64,000 bases of DNA. Source: an uncultured Bacilli bacterium (GTDB lineage: Bacteria > Bacillota_I > Bacilli_A > RF39 > UBA660). Below, piece by piece: positions 1-9,299 of the stretch. The DNA is taken from contig CANROW010000001.1 of assembly GCA_947632345.1 (NCBI GenBank), positions 4,855-68,854 on the forward strand, given 5' to 3'. The notes beneath the pieces were generated by a model, which saw only the letters and a program-made list of their open reading frames with translations, did not search any database and was not told the origin of the DNA. The position numbers and the translations under genes were made by a program. Position 1 is the first letter of the stretch. The number at the start of each line of letters is the position of its first letter.

Positions 1-150
1 AAAGGAGTTACTTAATTTGATGTCACCATCATGATATAAAATCTTGCCAAACACATCTAAAATTGAATAGAATTTCTGATTCCAGATATTAATGTCCTTT
101 GCACTATAGGCATAGAATCGTAATGTAAAAATAGATGTATTATCAAAACA

Positions 151-675
151 TCAATTATTATCATTACTTTGAATATTATTAGTATTTGCATTACTATTAT
201 TACTTAGATTATTATCAGGGGTTTCAAAGCTAACATTATTATTACTACTTAAGTTATTATCAGGACTTTCAAGGCTAGCATTGTTATTACTGCTTAGATT
301 ATTATCAGGATTTGTATTACTAGCATTATTATTGTTGTTATCATTATTATTGTTATTATTTTTACCCTTCAACTTTTTCATTGTTTCTTTAAAGGCAACA
401 ATGAAGCCCAAAGGGAAACCAGTAAAAAATGCAAGTCCCCAAAAACTAAAACCATCTGCACCACTACCCAATGGGATTCCTAAAAACTTTGCTAACAAAA
501 TTACTGCGAACGTAGATAAAATCGCTATACTATAAAATATAAAATAAAAATATATAGCTCCTGATAAAGCCATACCTAAATGATATATTATACCTTTATT
601 ACTATCATCTTGTACATTTAACAGACATATTAAAAAAACTATCACAAACATAACTATCACTCCTAAAACAACCAT
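151..675 (-). CDS. Multi-pass membrane protein with an Asn-rich low-complexity C-terminal tail built from 15-aa tandem repeats
   Basis: ORF of 174 aa. The N-terminal half has several hydrophobic helices; the C-terminal third is N/S/D-rich with repeats of the form PDNNLSSNNNxSxEx. Confidence 0.5.
   Translation of the reverse strand: MVVLGVIVMFVIVFLICLLNVQDDSNKGIIYHLGMALSGAIYFYFIFYSIAILSTFAVILLAKFLGIPLGSGADGFSFWGLAFFTGFPLGFIVAFKETMKKLKGKNNNNNNDNNNNNASNTNPDNNLSSNNNASLESPDNNLSSNNNVSFETPDNNLSNNSNANTNNIQSNDNN
204..338. repeat. Three tandem copies of a 45-bp unit (ttagattattatcagg...) inside the 151..675 CDS
   Basis: The 16-mer ttagattattatcagg (or ttaagttattatcagg) recurs at 204, 248 and 294 with a 45-bp period. 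It encodes 15-aa peptide repeats. Confidence 0.6.
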
Positions 676-822
676 TTTAATTAATCATACCATCTCTTAT
701 CCTATTTTTATTATATTTTAACAAAACTCAATATTCAATAATTATAAATTATCTATTTGTAAACAATTGTAAAAACCTAAGGATGAGTAGCATTCATATT
801 TTTTAATAAAAAACTCGTTGTA

Positions 823-1407
823 TTATGTCTGTATTAATTTAATAATATTAATTCGTCTTATAAGTATATTTATAATTAGCATTGTAAAAATAAAGATAAT
901 GATAAAACATAATAAACAATTAGTAATAGTTATTAAGTTAATTGACAAAAAATCTTTAAATAATATTTGAATTATACCAATAATAAACATACTTGGAACG
1001 CAAGCAAGAAGTAATAATTGAATTGAATAAGTAAAAATTAATATAGATATTTTCATATTTGAAAATCCAAAACTTTTCAAAAGAGCAATATCCATTTTAT
1101 TATCGTGAATTATTATACAATTAACAATTATTATTAATAATAATAGAAAAAAACTTATTACCTCAGTAAAAATATCGATATTATTAATCAGTTTATCATA
1201 TTGTTCTATACTACTACCATTTATTTCAATTATATTTGCATTATTCTCCTGCTTTAAATTATAATATTTTTCTTTTAAATCGTTTTTTATTCCCATAATA
1301 GAAATAAATAGAACAATAATAATACTAAATAATATAATTGAAAATCTACATAGTTTTCTCTTTTTGTATATATTAAAAATTAAGAATTTATATCTCTTCA
1401 TCAGCAA
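823..1407 (-). CDS. Small FtsX-like ABC-transporter permease-type membrane protein
   Basis: 194 aa. An N-terminal TM is followed by a short extracellular segment and three C-terminal TMs, as in the FtsX/MacB permease fold. It is adjacent to and overlaps the upstream permease gene. Confidence 0.4.
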   Translation of the reverse strand: MLMKRYKFLIFNIYKKRKLCRFSIILFSIIIVLFISIMGIKNDLKEKYYNLKQENNANIIEINGSSIEQYDKLINNIDIFTEVISFFLLLLIIIVNCIIIHDNKMDIALLKSFGFSNMKISILIFTYSIQLLLLACVPSMFIIGIIQILFKDFLSINLITITNCLLCFIIIFIFTMLIINILIRRINIIKLIQT

Positions 1408-2590
1408 AGTCCTCTATTATTGAATTATTATTTTTATTAATCGCAAAATAAATAGATAAAAATGAAATAATTAATGAAATTACAAAGCTTAAGATAAATG
1501 AAAAATATGATACATAAATTGGGTTGGCTATTTCTATATCTACAGCAAAAATATGGTTCAGAGCAACATATATGATACAACAAACTATAATACTTATAAT
1601 TGAACTGACTATAGATAAAATAATTGATTCTAGATAATTTATTCTTATTAATATATTATCATTATAACCGAGAGCTTTATAAATTAAATTATTCTTTTTA
1701 TTATACTGCATAGATTTTTTATTATATATAAACATAATAGTAAATGTCATTATGATGACCCCTACAATCATAACAGCAACAATAATGATAAAGAAATTTA
1801 TTTCCGTTTTGACAATGCTAGCTTTTGGAGTTACCACATATCCTTGTTGTTGAAGCAATCTCTTTGTCTCATCTATTCTATTTACATCCTTTAATACTAA
1901 TAATGCTGTGCCACCTGATGATGTTATATTATCACAATTTTGTTCATCATCGTTGCATTCTTGCTTCATATATTCTAATTCGGCATTAGCTATATCAATA
2001 ATATTACTTTGTCTTGTAAAACAGTTATGATATTCGCCATAGGTATATTTATTGACATCATATAAACCAATAATTTTATAATTTTCTTCATAATTATCCG
2101 ATTGTAAAACAAATGATTTATTGATATAATCTTTACCGTTATGTAAGCGATCTAAAAAATCTTGATCAAATTTTTCAGGATCCTTTCCAAGATAAAATCT
2201 AGTGGGACAAATCATAACATTCTTATCTTCAACTTCAAATAAATTTTGGCCAAAATTGACCTCTAAATAATTATCAGGAACACCAATTAATACTAAAGAG
2301 TCATTATTTTCAGTATTAACATACTTGGAAAAATGATCAAAACTTGTTTGAAAAGACACGTTGTCCATTTTCGATAAATCTAAATTATTGTCTACGTTAT
2401 GAACAAGAAGAATGCGATGATTTATATCATTATTCAATGAATTATCTATTATTGAATTAAAAGTCTTATAAAAACTTAAAACAAACACTATCATTATGGT
2501 CGATATTATTAATAATAAAGTATTAATAATGTTGATTTTTTTATTAAAGAAACTTTTTTTTGCTAGAAATAAATAATATTTAAATTCCAT
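1388..2590 (-). CDS. ABC transporter permease, FtsX/MacB-like, with 1+3 TM topology and a large extracytoplasmic domain
   Basis: 400 aa. An N-terminal TM is followed by a roughly 230-aa soluble domain and three C-terminal TMs. It overlaps the upstream ATPase gene by 11 nt. Confidence 0.6.
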   Translation of the reverse strand: MEFKYYLFLAKKSFFNKKINIINTLLLIISTIMIVFVLSFYKTFNSIIDNSLNNDINHRILLVHNVDNNLDLSKMDNVSFQTSFDHFSKYVNTENNDSLVLIGVPDNYLEVNFGQNLFEVEDKNVMICPTRFYLGKDPEKFDQDFLDRLHNGKDYINKSFVLQSDNYEENYKIIGLYDVNKYTYGEYHNCFTRQSNIIDIANAELEYMKQECNDDEQNCDNITSSGGTALLVLKDVNRIDETKRLLQQQGYVVTPKASIVKTEINFFIIIVAVMIVGVIIMTFTIMFIYNKKSMQYNKKNNLIYKALGYNDNILIRINYLESIILSIVSSIISIIVCCIIYVALNHIFAVDIEIANPIYVSYFSFILSFVISLIISFLSIYFAINKNNNSIIEDFADEEI

Positions 2591-3260
2591 AATCTATAAA
2601 TTTTCCTTTTTTCATATTAATGACCACATCAGCATATTCTTTTATATTTGAATTATGACTGACAATTATTACACATTTTCCTTCATTGGTCATATCTCTT
2701 AGTTTCTTTAAAATAAATAGTTCATTTTCTTCATCTAAATTACCAGTTGGCTCATCAGCTAAAATTATTTTGGGATCATTGGCAATTGCTCTCGCTATTG
2801 CTACTCGCTGTTGTTCTCCTCCTGATAATTGTTTTGGATAATGATTTAATCTATCATTTAAACCAATATCTCTTAATAATTTGCATGCCTGTTTTTGAAT
2901 ATCTAATTTTCTATATTTTTTGTTAATCAACATTGGTAACATAACGTTTTCATATGCTTTCATTGTATTATTTAAATTATAGTTTTGAAATATAAATCCA
3001 ATTTTTAAATTCCTAATCTCATTAATTTCCCATGAGGACATTTTAGCAACATCCTCGCCATCAATAAATATTTGACCAGATGTAGGTTTATCTAAAGTAC
3101 CAAGACATTGAACTAAAGTTGATTTACCTGATCCAGAATGGCCCATAATTACATACATTTTTCCATATTCAAAATTATAAGATATATCGTCTAATGCTGT
3201 AATTGTTTCATTTTTAAGGTAATAATATTTTCTTATATTTTTAACTCTTAAAGCGACCAT
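2580..3260 (-). CDS. ABC transporter ATP-binding protein, MacB/LolD-like
   Basis: Walker A motif [10 protein letters not shown]; ABC signature [14 protein letters not shown]; Walker [12 protein letters not shown]. The start was chosen at [13 protein letters not shown] (ATG 3260) because a GGAG ribosome-binding site lies upstream. Confidence 0.85.
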   Translation of the reverse strand: MVALRVKNIRKYYYLKNETITALDDISYNFEYGKMYVIMGHSGSGKSTLVQCLGTLDKPTSGQIFIDGEDVAKMSSWEINEIRNLKIGFIFQNYNLNNTMKAYENVMLPMLINKKYRKLDIQKQACKLLRDIGLNDRLNHYPKQLSGGEQQRVAIARAIANDPKIILADEPTGNLDEENELFILKKLRDMTNEGKCVIIVSHNSNIKEYADVVINMKKGKFIDYGI

Positions 3261-3420
3261 TTCATCACTCCTTAAATAAATTATATTAATAATAATGTTA
3301 CAAGTAAATGACATGATCAAGATAATTTTCATATCTTTTTAATTTTTATTACTAATTATTCAATATTAAAAGCATATAATAAAATTATATGCTTTATAAA
3401 ATTAACTATTATTTTATTTA

Positions 3421-4251
3421 TTATATTGAAAAACCACCATTATTAGATTCAAAATGATTTACATCATCAGAAAAATCTGTAGGAATGCCACTATCAAAAT
3501 TTGAAGGATATGGCATATTACTGCTAACATTATTTATTCCGTCATTATATGTTTGATATATTTGCTCTTTATTATCAAAATTAGAACTAATTACATCTTT
3601 AAGATCTAATTTCTGTTTAGACATATAAAAAAGTTCTTGAACAGTATCAGAATAATCTTCAAAAGGAAGCAACAACAACTTTGCAATATTAGGCTGTATT
3701 TGAGATGTTTCAACTATATATGAACTCAATTTATCCCAAACTTTATATGGTGAAAATTTTAAGTCAATACGTACCGCACCATCTGATGCTCTTTTTTGAT
3801 CTTCATCAGGGTTAACAAATTGTGCAATGGCACCAACAATAACTGTTGGATCAACAATTTTTGTCATTGTTCCAATGCCTTCTCCATCGCGCACCATTTC
3901 TCTTTGCCACACACCAAAATCGGTTCCTTGCTGTTCACTACGAGCTGCGGCCTCCATTCCCATAACAACAAATTCATCATCACCTAAACCATCAACATAT
4001 AAGACAACTCCCCGTTCATAACCATCAGCAAATAAATATACTCTGTTAGCAAGTTGTAATCGACTAGAATCATTCTCTTCAATAGATGGTTTAGCTTGTC
4101 GAGGTTCTTGTATTTGCACTTGATACCTTGGCTTCTCCTTTACGCCGGTTTGATTATTGGTCTCAAACTCAAATTCCTTATTTGAAGATCCAGGTGCAGG
4201 TTCAAGTATTTTAGGTTCTGGTTTATACACGCTAATTCTTTCCTTATCCAT
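3421..4251 (-). CDS. Hypothetical cytoplasmic protein with a GC-richer conserved core and low-complexity ends
   Basis: 276-aa ORF. The central region (VYLFADGYERGVVLYVDGLGDDEFVVMGMEAAARSEQQGTDFGV...) is visibly more GC-rich than the flanking DNA. No family was recognised. Confidence 0.45.
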   Translation of the reverse strand: MDKERISVYKPEPKILEPAPGSSNKEFEFETNNQTGVKEKPRYQVQIQEPRQAKPSIEENDSSRLQLANRVYLFADGYERGVVLYVDGLGDDEFVVMGMEAAARSEQQGTDFGVWQREMVRDGEGIGTMTKIVDPTVIVGAIAQFVNPDEDQKRASDGAVRIDLKFSPYKVWDKLSSYIVETSQIQPNIAKLLLLPFEDYSDTVQELFYMSKQKLDLKDVISSNFDNKEQIYQTYNDGINNVSSNMPYPSNFDSGIPTDFSDDVNHFESNNGGFSI

Positions 4252-4361
4252 AATTTTACTCCTTTATAACACTATAATTAAATAATACTGATACCTATTC
4301 TGTCTGTCAAGTTAACTAATTATATTTTTTTACACCTTGACAATAAAAAAATAATCTATTT

Positions 4362-5165
4362 TCATAGATTATTACATATTTTTATAAATACTTCTAAATC
4401 TAAATCTTCGGCTCTAATCGTCAAATCTTTATTGTACTGTTTCAACACTTCTAAAACTTTATTTAAATCATAGCCTTTTAAATTATTCCGCAAGTTTTTT
4501 CGCTTATATTGAAAACTATCTCTAATCAACTTAAAGAATAAATTCTCATCATTAACTTTAATAACTTCTTTTTTTCTTTCAAGAGATAGAACAACGCTAT
4601 CAACATTGGGCTTTGGTATAAAACAATTTCTACTGACAAGAAATAAAGTTTTAATATCATAGAAATAATTTAAGAATACGGTTATTGAACTATAATTCTT
4701 TGTTCCTGGTTTTGCACTAAATCGTTCTCCCACTTCTTTTTGAACCATAATTACTAATTTGCTAATATCAACACCACTATTAATAATTTTTTCAACAATA
4801 GGTGTAGTTATATAGTATGGGATATTCGCTATGACATATATATTTTTAAAATCGTATTCTTTTATATCATTTTGAATATTTCTCTCTAGAAAGTCACCCC
4901 AAATAAATTTAACATTATCAATATCTTTAAATTTTTCTAATAAAAGTGGTTGTAATTCATTATCTATCTCATAAGCTATAACCATTTTGGCAACATCTTT
5001 CAATTTTTCTGTCAATGCTCCAGCACCCGGACCTATTTCAATAATTAAAGTGTCTTCTGGTATTTGTGATTCAGTTACAATCTTATTTAAAATATTCTCA
5101 TCATTCAGAAAATTTTGACCATACTTCTTTTTAAAATGGTGTTCAGGTACCATTACCATCCCCAC
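4362..5165 (-). CDS. rsmA: 16S rRNA (adenine1518/1519-N6)-dimethyltransferase
   Basis: KKKYGQNFL motif, SAM-binding motif EIGPGAGALT, and Bacillus-like position next to tatD and the yabE-like gene. The exact start among the N-terminal Met codons is uncertain. Confidence 0.85.
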   Translation of the reverse strand: MGMVMVPEHHFKKKYGQNFLNDENILNKIVTESQIPEDTLIIEIGPGAGALTEKLKDVAKMVIAYEIDNELQPLLLEKFKDIDNVKFIWGDFLERNIQNDIKEYDFKNIYVIANIPYYITTPIVEKIINSGVDISKLVIMVQKEVGERFSAKPGTKNYSSITVFLNYFYDIKTLFLVSRNCFIPKPNVDSVVLSLERKKEVIKVNDENLFFKLIRDSFQYKRKNLRNNLKGYDLNKVLEVLKQYNKDLTIRAEDLDLEVFIKICNNL

Positions 5166-5740
5166 CTTACAATTTTGTAAGAAGCTTTTACTCTTCCAAA
5201 AGGAGAAGACTCTCTCTCAGAAGGAAACAATAGATCAAATAATGTACCTTTAATAACTCCTCCACGATCTAAGACAATACCATAAAAATTATCGTAGTTA
5301 TTTATACCTGAAACTTCAATTATCGTTCCGCATGGAATACTTTTATCTCCAGCTAAAATTCTTGTTTTACCATATTCGCTATCTTCAAAATAAATGTTTC
5401 CATTTCTAACATTTTGTCTTGGTGGACAAGAAACAAGACCTGTACATCCTTCACAATCTGGTCCATATCCCGTCATTGTTCCCATAAATTGAACAGGGTT
5501 ACTTTCGGCATATTGTAAAACTTCGCTAAATGTCGATGCAACCTTTACCTCTGTAACTTCTGGAACATATTTAGATACCAAGTGAACAGCTGGAACTGAT
5601 CGATTCTTACCAATATCATAAGTTAAATTAGTATATATTTTAAAACGATCAGACATAATCATAAAAAATCCAGCCATAAAAACCATAAAAAGTAGTAATT
5701 TTGAAATAAAAAATATTTTTCTTGCTTTTTTCTTTTTCAT
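5153..5740 (-). CDS. 3D-domain (MltA-like) protein, YabE-like, with N-terminal membrane anchor
   Basis: C-terminal 3D-domain motifs (GYGPDCEGCTG, IVLDRGGVIKG). An N-terminal TM is present. The start was set at MKKKKARK because of its ribosome-binding site. Confidence 0.6.
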   Translation of the reverse strand: MKKKKARKIFFISKLLLFMVFMAGFFMIMSDRFKIYTNLTYDIGKNRSVPAVHLVSKYVPEVTEVKVASTFSEVLQYAESNPVQFMGTMTGYGPDCEGCTGLVSCPPRQNVRNGNIYFEDSEYGKTRILAGDKSIPCGTIIEVSGINNYDNFYGIVLDRGGVIKGTLFDLLFPSERESSPFGRVKASYKIVRWGW

Positions 5741-5772
5741 TTTCAGAACCTCATTCTCTAAAATATACAATA

Positions 5773-6534
5773 TCACATATGACTTTTTAAGTCAAATAAA
5801 GTACATGCATTATTAGTAGTTATCAACCCAACCTCTTCAATTGTTTTTTCTTTTATTTCAGCAATCTTTTCCGCTATTAAAGGAATGTATTCTGGAGAAT
5901 TCTTTTCACCACGATGTGGTGTTGGAGCTAGATATGGACTATCAGTTTCGAGTGTAATACTTTCTAAAGGTATTTCTTTCACGACATCACATAAATTGCT
6001 ATTCTTGAAAGTTAGAACTCCACCTATTCCCAAATAATAACCTAATTTAATATATTCACGAGCCATTTCTTTAGAACCGCTATAACAATGAATTATTCCT
6101 TTTAAAGAATATTTTTTTAAAATATCAAATGTTTCTTGGGTCGCTTCTCTTGAATGAATAACAATTGGCATATTCAATTTTTCAGCTAGTTTTAATTGCT
6201 TTTCAAAAAGAAGTCGCTGCTTTTCTTTATTATCTTTAACCCAATAATAATCAAGACCAATCTCCCCTATTCCGACAATTTTTTTATGTTTCTTTATTAA
6301 CTCTTCTAACCAAATTAAATCTTCATCAGTAGTTGTATCAACTTCACTAGGATGGAAACCTATCGTCATATAAACGTTAGCGTACTTTTCTATTATTTCT
6401 AATCCTTCATTAATACCCTTTTTATCACAACCACTAATAATTAGAGTATCAACCCCATTATTCTTGCATTCATCTATTAATTTATCTATGTCATAATCGC
6501 CCTTTGATAAATGACAATGTGTATCTATAAACAT
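5773..6534 (-). CDS. tatD: TatD-family metal-dependent DNase/hydrolase
   Basis: MFIDTHCHL start and conserved TatD His/Asp/Glu motifs. Bacillus-like position downstream of metG. Confidence 0.85.
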   Translation of the reverse strand: MFIDTHCHLSKGDYDIDKLIDECKNNGVDTLIISGCDKKGINEGLEIIEKYANVYMTIGFHPSEVDTTTDEDLIWLEELIKKHKKIVGIGEIGLDYYWVKDNKEKQRLLFEKQLKLAEKLNMPIVIHSREATQETFDILKKYSLKGIIHCYSGSKEMAREYIKLGYYLGIGGVLTFKNSNLCDVVKEIPLESITLETDSPYLAPTPHRGEKNSPEYIPLIAEKIAEIKEKTIEEVGLITTNNACTLFDLKSHM

Positions 6535-6597
6535 AACTTGCCTCCAAAATCAATTATAACATATCTCTTAATTTTTCAATTTGTAAATAGTAACCAA

Positions 6598-7611
6598 TTA
6601 ATAACAGATTACAATAACCCGATATAAGCCACAATCGTGAACTTCATAAGTTTGAATGAACAAGTCACCTTTCATATAACCATAGGTTGAAGAATCCTTA
6701 AAATATTCAAAATCTTTCATATAGTTATCAATTTCTTCTTGAATATGTTTTTCACTCTTAAATGAATAAAATGTAGCAGCAGTCATACCAGATTCGCGAT
6801 AGAAGAAAGAATATTTAGGAATAAATATTTCTTGATTTTGCATACCGATATAAGTTGTTTTAAAAAAGGTTTTATTAGTCATTAAAACGAATGATATAAC
6901 AAGTATAAATATTAGTAAAACAGGTAGAATAATGACGAGCGTATTCTTAACTTTTTTCTTTTTATCTTGTTTTTTACTCTTACTAAATTTTGATCCTAGA
7001 AACTGTCCTAATAACATTATTAAGAAAATGACTATTAAAGCCAATAAACGATTGGAACTTGTCTCTAAAAAAACTATGGGTAATAATACTATGTACTGTG
7101 TTCCTAAGACAAAGATATTGATATCTCTATATTTTGATGAATATATAAAATTGAGTATAAATACAATTATTGGTAAACCAAACATTAAGTAATAGACTAA
7201 ATACATCGAATCAATATTTGGATTTTTATTTAAAAACCAATATATTATGTAGATCAAAATTAAACTGATAAAAAATAGGATAGCATATAAGTTATTTATT
7301 TTTTTATTACTTATTTGTAGTTCTTTTAAAGTCATCTTGATATTTTCATTAAATTGTTCTTCTTGTTTTTCTTTTTTGATTTTTTCTCCCTTTATCAATT
7401 CATTAATTGTAATGCCTAATTCTTCTGTCAATGGTTCTAAAAAGGATATATCAGGCATACATCTGCCATTTTCCCATTTACTAATAGCTTTATCAGTAAT
7501 TCCAAGTTTATCAGCTAATTCTTGTTGAGTCATTTTTTTTTGTTTTCGACATTCCGCAATAAACTTACCTATTTTTTCTTGATTCATAATATCCCACCTC
7601 GTTATCAACAT
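6598..7611 (-). CDS. Membrane-anchored XRE-family helix-turn-helix transcriptional regulator
   Basis: N-terminal Cro/C1-type helix-turn-helix (MTQQELADKLGITDKAISKWENG) followed by 4-5 hydrophobic helices and a C-terminal soluble domain. Confidence 0.6.
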   Translation of the reverse strand: MLITRWDIMNQEKIGKFIAECRKQKKMTQQELADKLGITDKAISKWENGRCMPDISFLEPLTEELGITINELIKGEKIKKEKQEEQFNENIKMTLKELQISNKKINNLYAILFFISLILIYIIYWFLNKNPNIDSMYLVYYLMFGLPIIVFILNFIYSSKYRDINIFVLGTQYIVLLPIVFLETSSNRLLALIVIFLIMLLGQFLGSKFSKSKKQDKKKKVKNTLVIILPVLLIFILVISFVLMTNKTFFKTTYIGMQNQEIFIPKYSFFYRESGMTAATFYSFKSEKHIQEEIDNYMKDFEYFKDSSTYGYMKGDLFIQTYEVHDCGLYRVIVICY

Positions 7612-7747
7612 TATACGATAAAATGTTTTAAAATTATCTATACTAGTGGTAGAATTGTATCTATCAGCATATATTATTAGAAAAAAATAAATATTGACGA
7701 ATAATTTTTTTTAAACTAAAATAAGACGCTATGGAGATGAAGAGACA

Positions 7748-8257
7748 TTGAAAACAATTTCTTATGAATTTAGTAAAGACTTCATTAATGGTAAGGGAGC
7801 CTTTTTTCTACCAAATGAAAAAATTGTATTAGTAAATGGTAATCATCAGTTAGTTGCTGAAAACTATTGTCAAACTCAATTGACAATAGATGAACTTAAA
7901 TTATATAAAAAATATTGTGAACAGATTAAAAATAGGTTTAATTTTATGGATGAATCTCTTGAATCTGATTTTCTTTGCCGCATATTGCGATGGGATAAGA
8001 TTACTATTAACGGTCTCAATACAATTTATACAACTAGTCCCAATGCTTATCAAAAATGGTGGAATTATTCTTTAAACAATTGGAATATTGCCATTGATAA
8101 ACCATTGATATATGATGAAGAAACGGGTCTATTTCATAAAAACAATCAGGATGATTGGCAGAGATGTCGCGATTTAGATGAAATTACGCATAATGATTTA
8201 CGATTAATTAAAGAAAGACATTTGTCTGTAAAAGAAAGACAATCATATTTAAAATAG
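7748..8257 (+). CDS. Hypothetical protein
   Basis: 169-aa ORF divergent from the HTH regulator gene. No recognised motif. Confidence 0.4.
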   Translation: MKTISYEFSKDFINGKGAFFLPNEKIVLVNGNHQLVAENYCQTQLTIDELKLYKKYCEQIKNRFNFMDESLESDFLCRILRWDKITINGLNTIYTTSPNAYQKWWNYSLNNWNIAIDKPLIYDEETGLFHKNNQDDWQRCRDLDEITHNDLRLIKERHLSVKERQSYLK

Positions 8258-8259
8258 TA

Positions 8260-9201
8260 TTATTTAACTATTTCTATACCACAATTAGTACTTATATCAG
8301 AGAATATGACAATATTCTCTTTTTTTAACGTTATCTTTATTTCCCCAGCTAGATTTTCATAAATAGCTTTAACCATTTTTCCTTTAACAGGAGCTGATAA
8401 TTTATGTCCTTGTTCAATATTAGCAACTATATTTAAAACGTATTTGCCACGTTTTAGGGTAATATATAATTTATTTCTTTCTTGTTTAATTTGCTTTATC
8501 AAAGTACCATTATAAGTAGCAAAACGATATTCTTGATTACCAATAATCAAAGCACATATTAAACCGTGAATGGTAAATATTTTGAAAGGAACTTTGGCTA
8601 TGGATAACATAAAAGAAGCTTCTTGATTATTAAAACAATTCCCTTGAAGCCAAATATATTTCTTTGGAAAAGATATGCCCCAATCCTTTTCGATATAGGA
8701 TTTTCCCTTTTTAAATTTAATTTTTTTATCATTTATCTTAATATACCCGTGACCCTTAGACTCCATACTGATTATGGCGTGATTGCATTCCATTGCTGGA
8801 AGATAGGAAAAAGGTCCCATAATATTGGGATTAACTAAATTTTTATTAATACTTTTTTTATTAACTAATTTTATATTCCCTGTTATTTTTAAATCATCTT
8901 CATCAATATTAATGTGTATGAAATCTTTTGAAAAATAATTATTGCCAATTTCGATGGAAAAAGGTTCTTCTTTATATGAAAAGGCAATTATATCATAATC
9001 TATAAAATAGGATTGATCATTCGTTATAACTTGAATAAAAGCTTTCTTTTGGCCATCATCAATATTGATACCAGGAATAAAAGCTATGGTGTTAGATCCA
9101 TTAGTTATCTTATAATACCAACCTTCAAAATAATTTTTATTGGATTTTAAAAACTTTTTTCCTTGAAAAGTTTCATAATCTTTTAATAATCTTTTTTTCA
9201 T
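8260..9201 (-). CDS. Hypothetical protein, possibly tocopherol-cyclase-like
   Basis: 313-aa ORF. The N-terminal FEGWYYKIT motif is reminiscent of the tocopherol-cyclase family. The assignment is tentative. Confidence 0.35.
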   Translation of the reverse strand: MKKRLLKDYETFQGKKFLKSNKNYFEGWYYKITNGSNTIAFIPGINIDDGQKKAFIQVITNDQSYFIDYDIIAFSYKEEPFSIEIGNNYFSKDFIHINIDEDDLKITGNIKLVNKKSINKNLVNPNIMGPFSYLPAMECNHAIISMESKGHGYIKINDKKIKFKKGKSYIEKDWGISFPKKYIWLQGNCFNNQEASFMLSIAKVPFKIFTIHGLICALIIGNQEYRFATYNGTLIKQIKQERNKLYITLKRGKYVLNIVANIEQGHKLSAPVKGKMVKAIYENLAGEIKITLKKENIVIFSDISTNCGIEIVK

Positions 9202-9299
9202 ATTACATTTTATTATAAATAAAAAGATTTATATTCAAAAATTATTAACTTATGAAAATATATCAAAAAAAGAAATGCATAAACATTTCTTTTTACCTA

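Noticed and set aside
281-535. Plus-strand 84-aa ORF rich in Leu inside the 151..675 gene, and similar antisense ORFs at 3796..4021, 6932..7192, 11340..11675, 14895..15221, 19290..19781, 25226..25630, 27795..28406, 31083..31430, 47646..48065, 48536..48931 and 51247..51603.
   Set aside because: Each is fully embedded antisense to, or out of frame within, a well-supported conserved gene. They have low-complexity translations and are shadow ORFs of AT-rich coding sequence.
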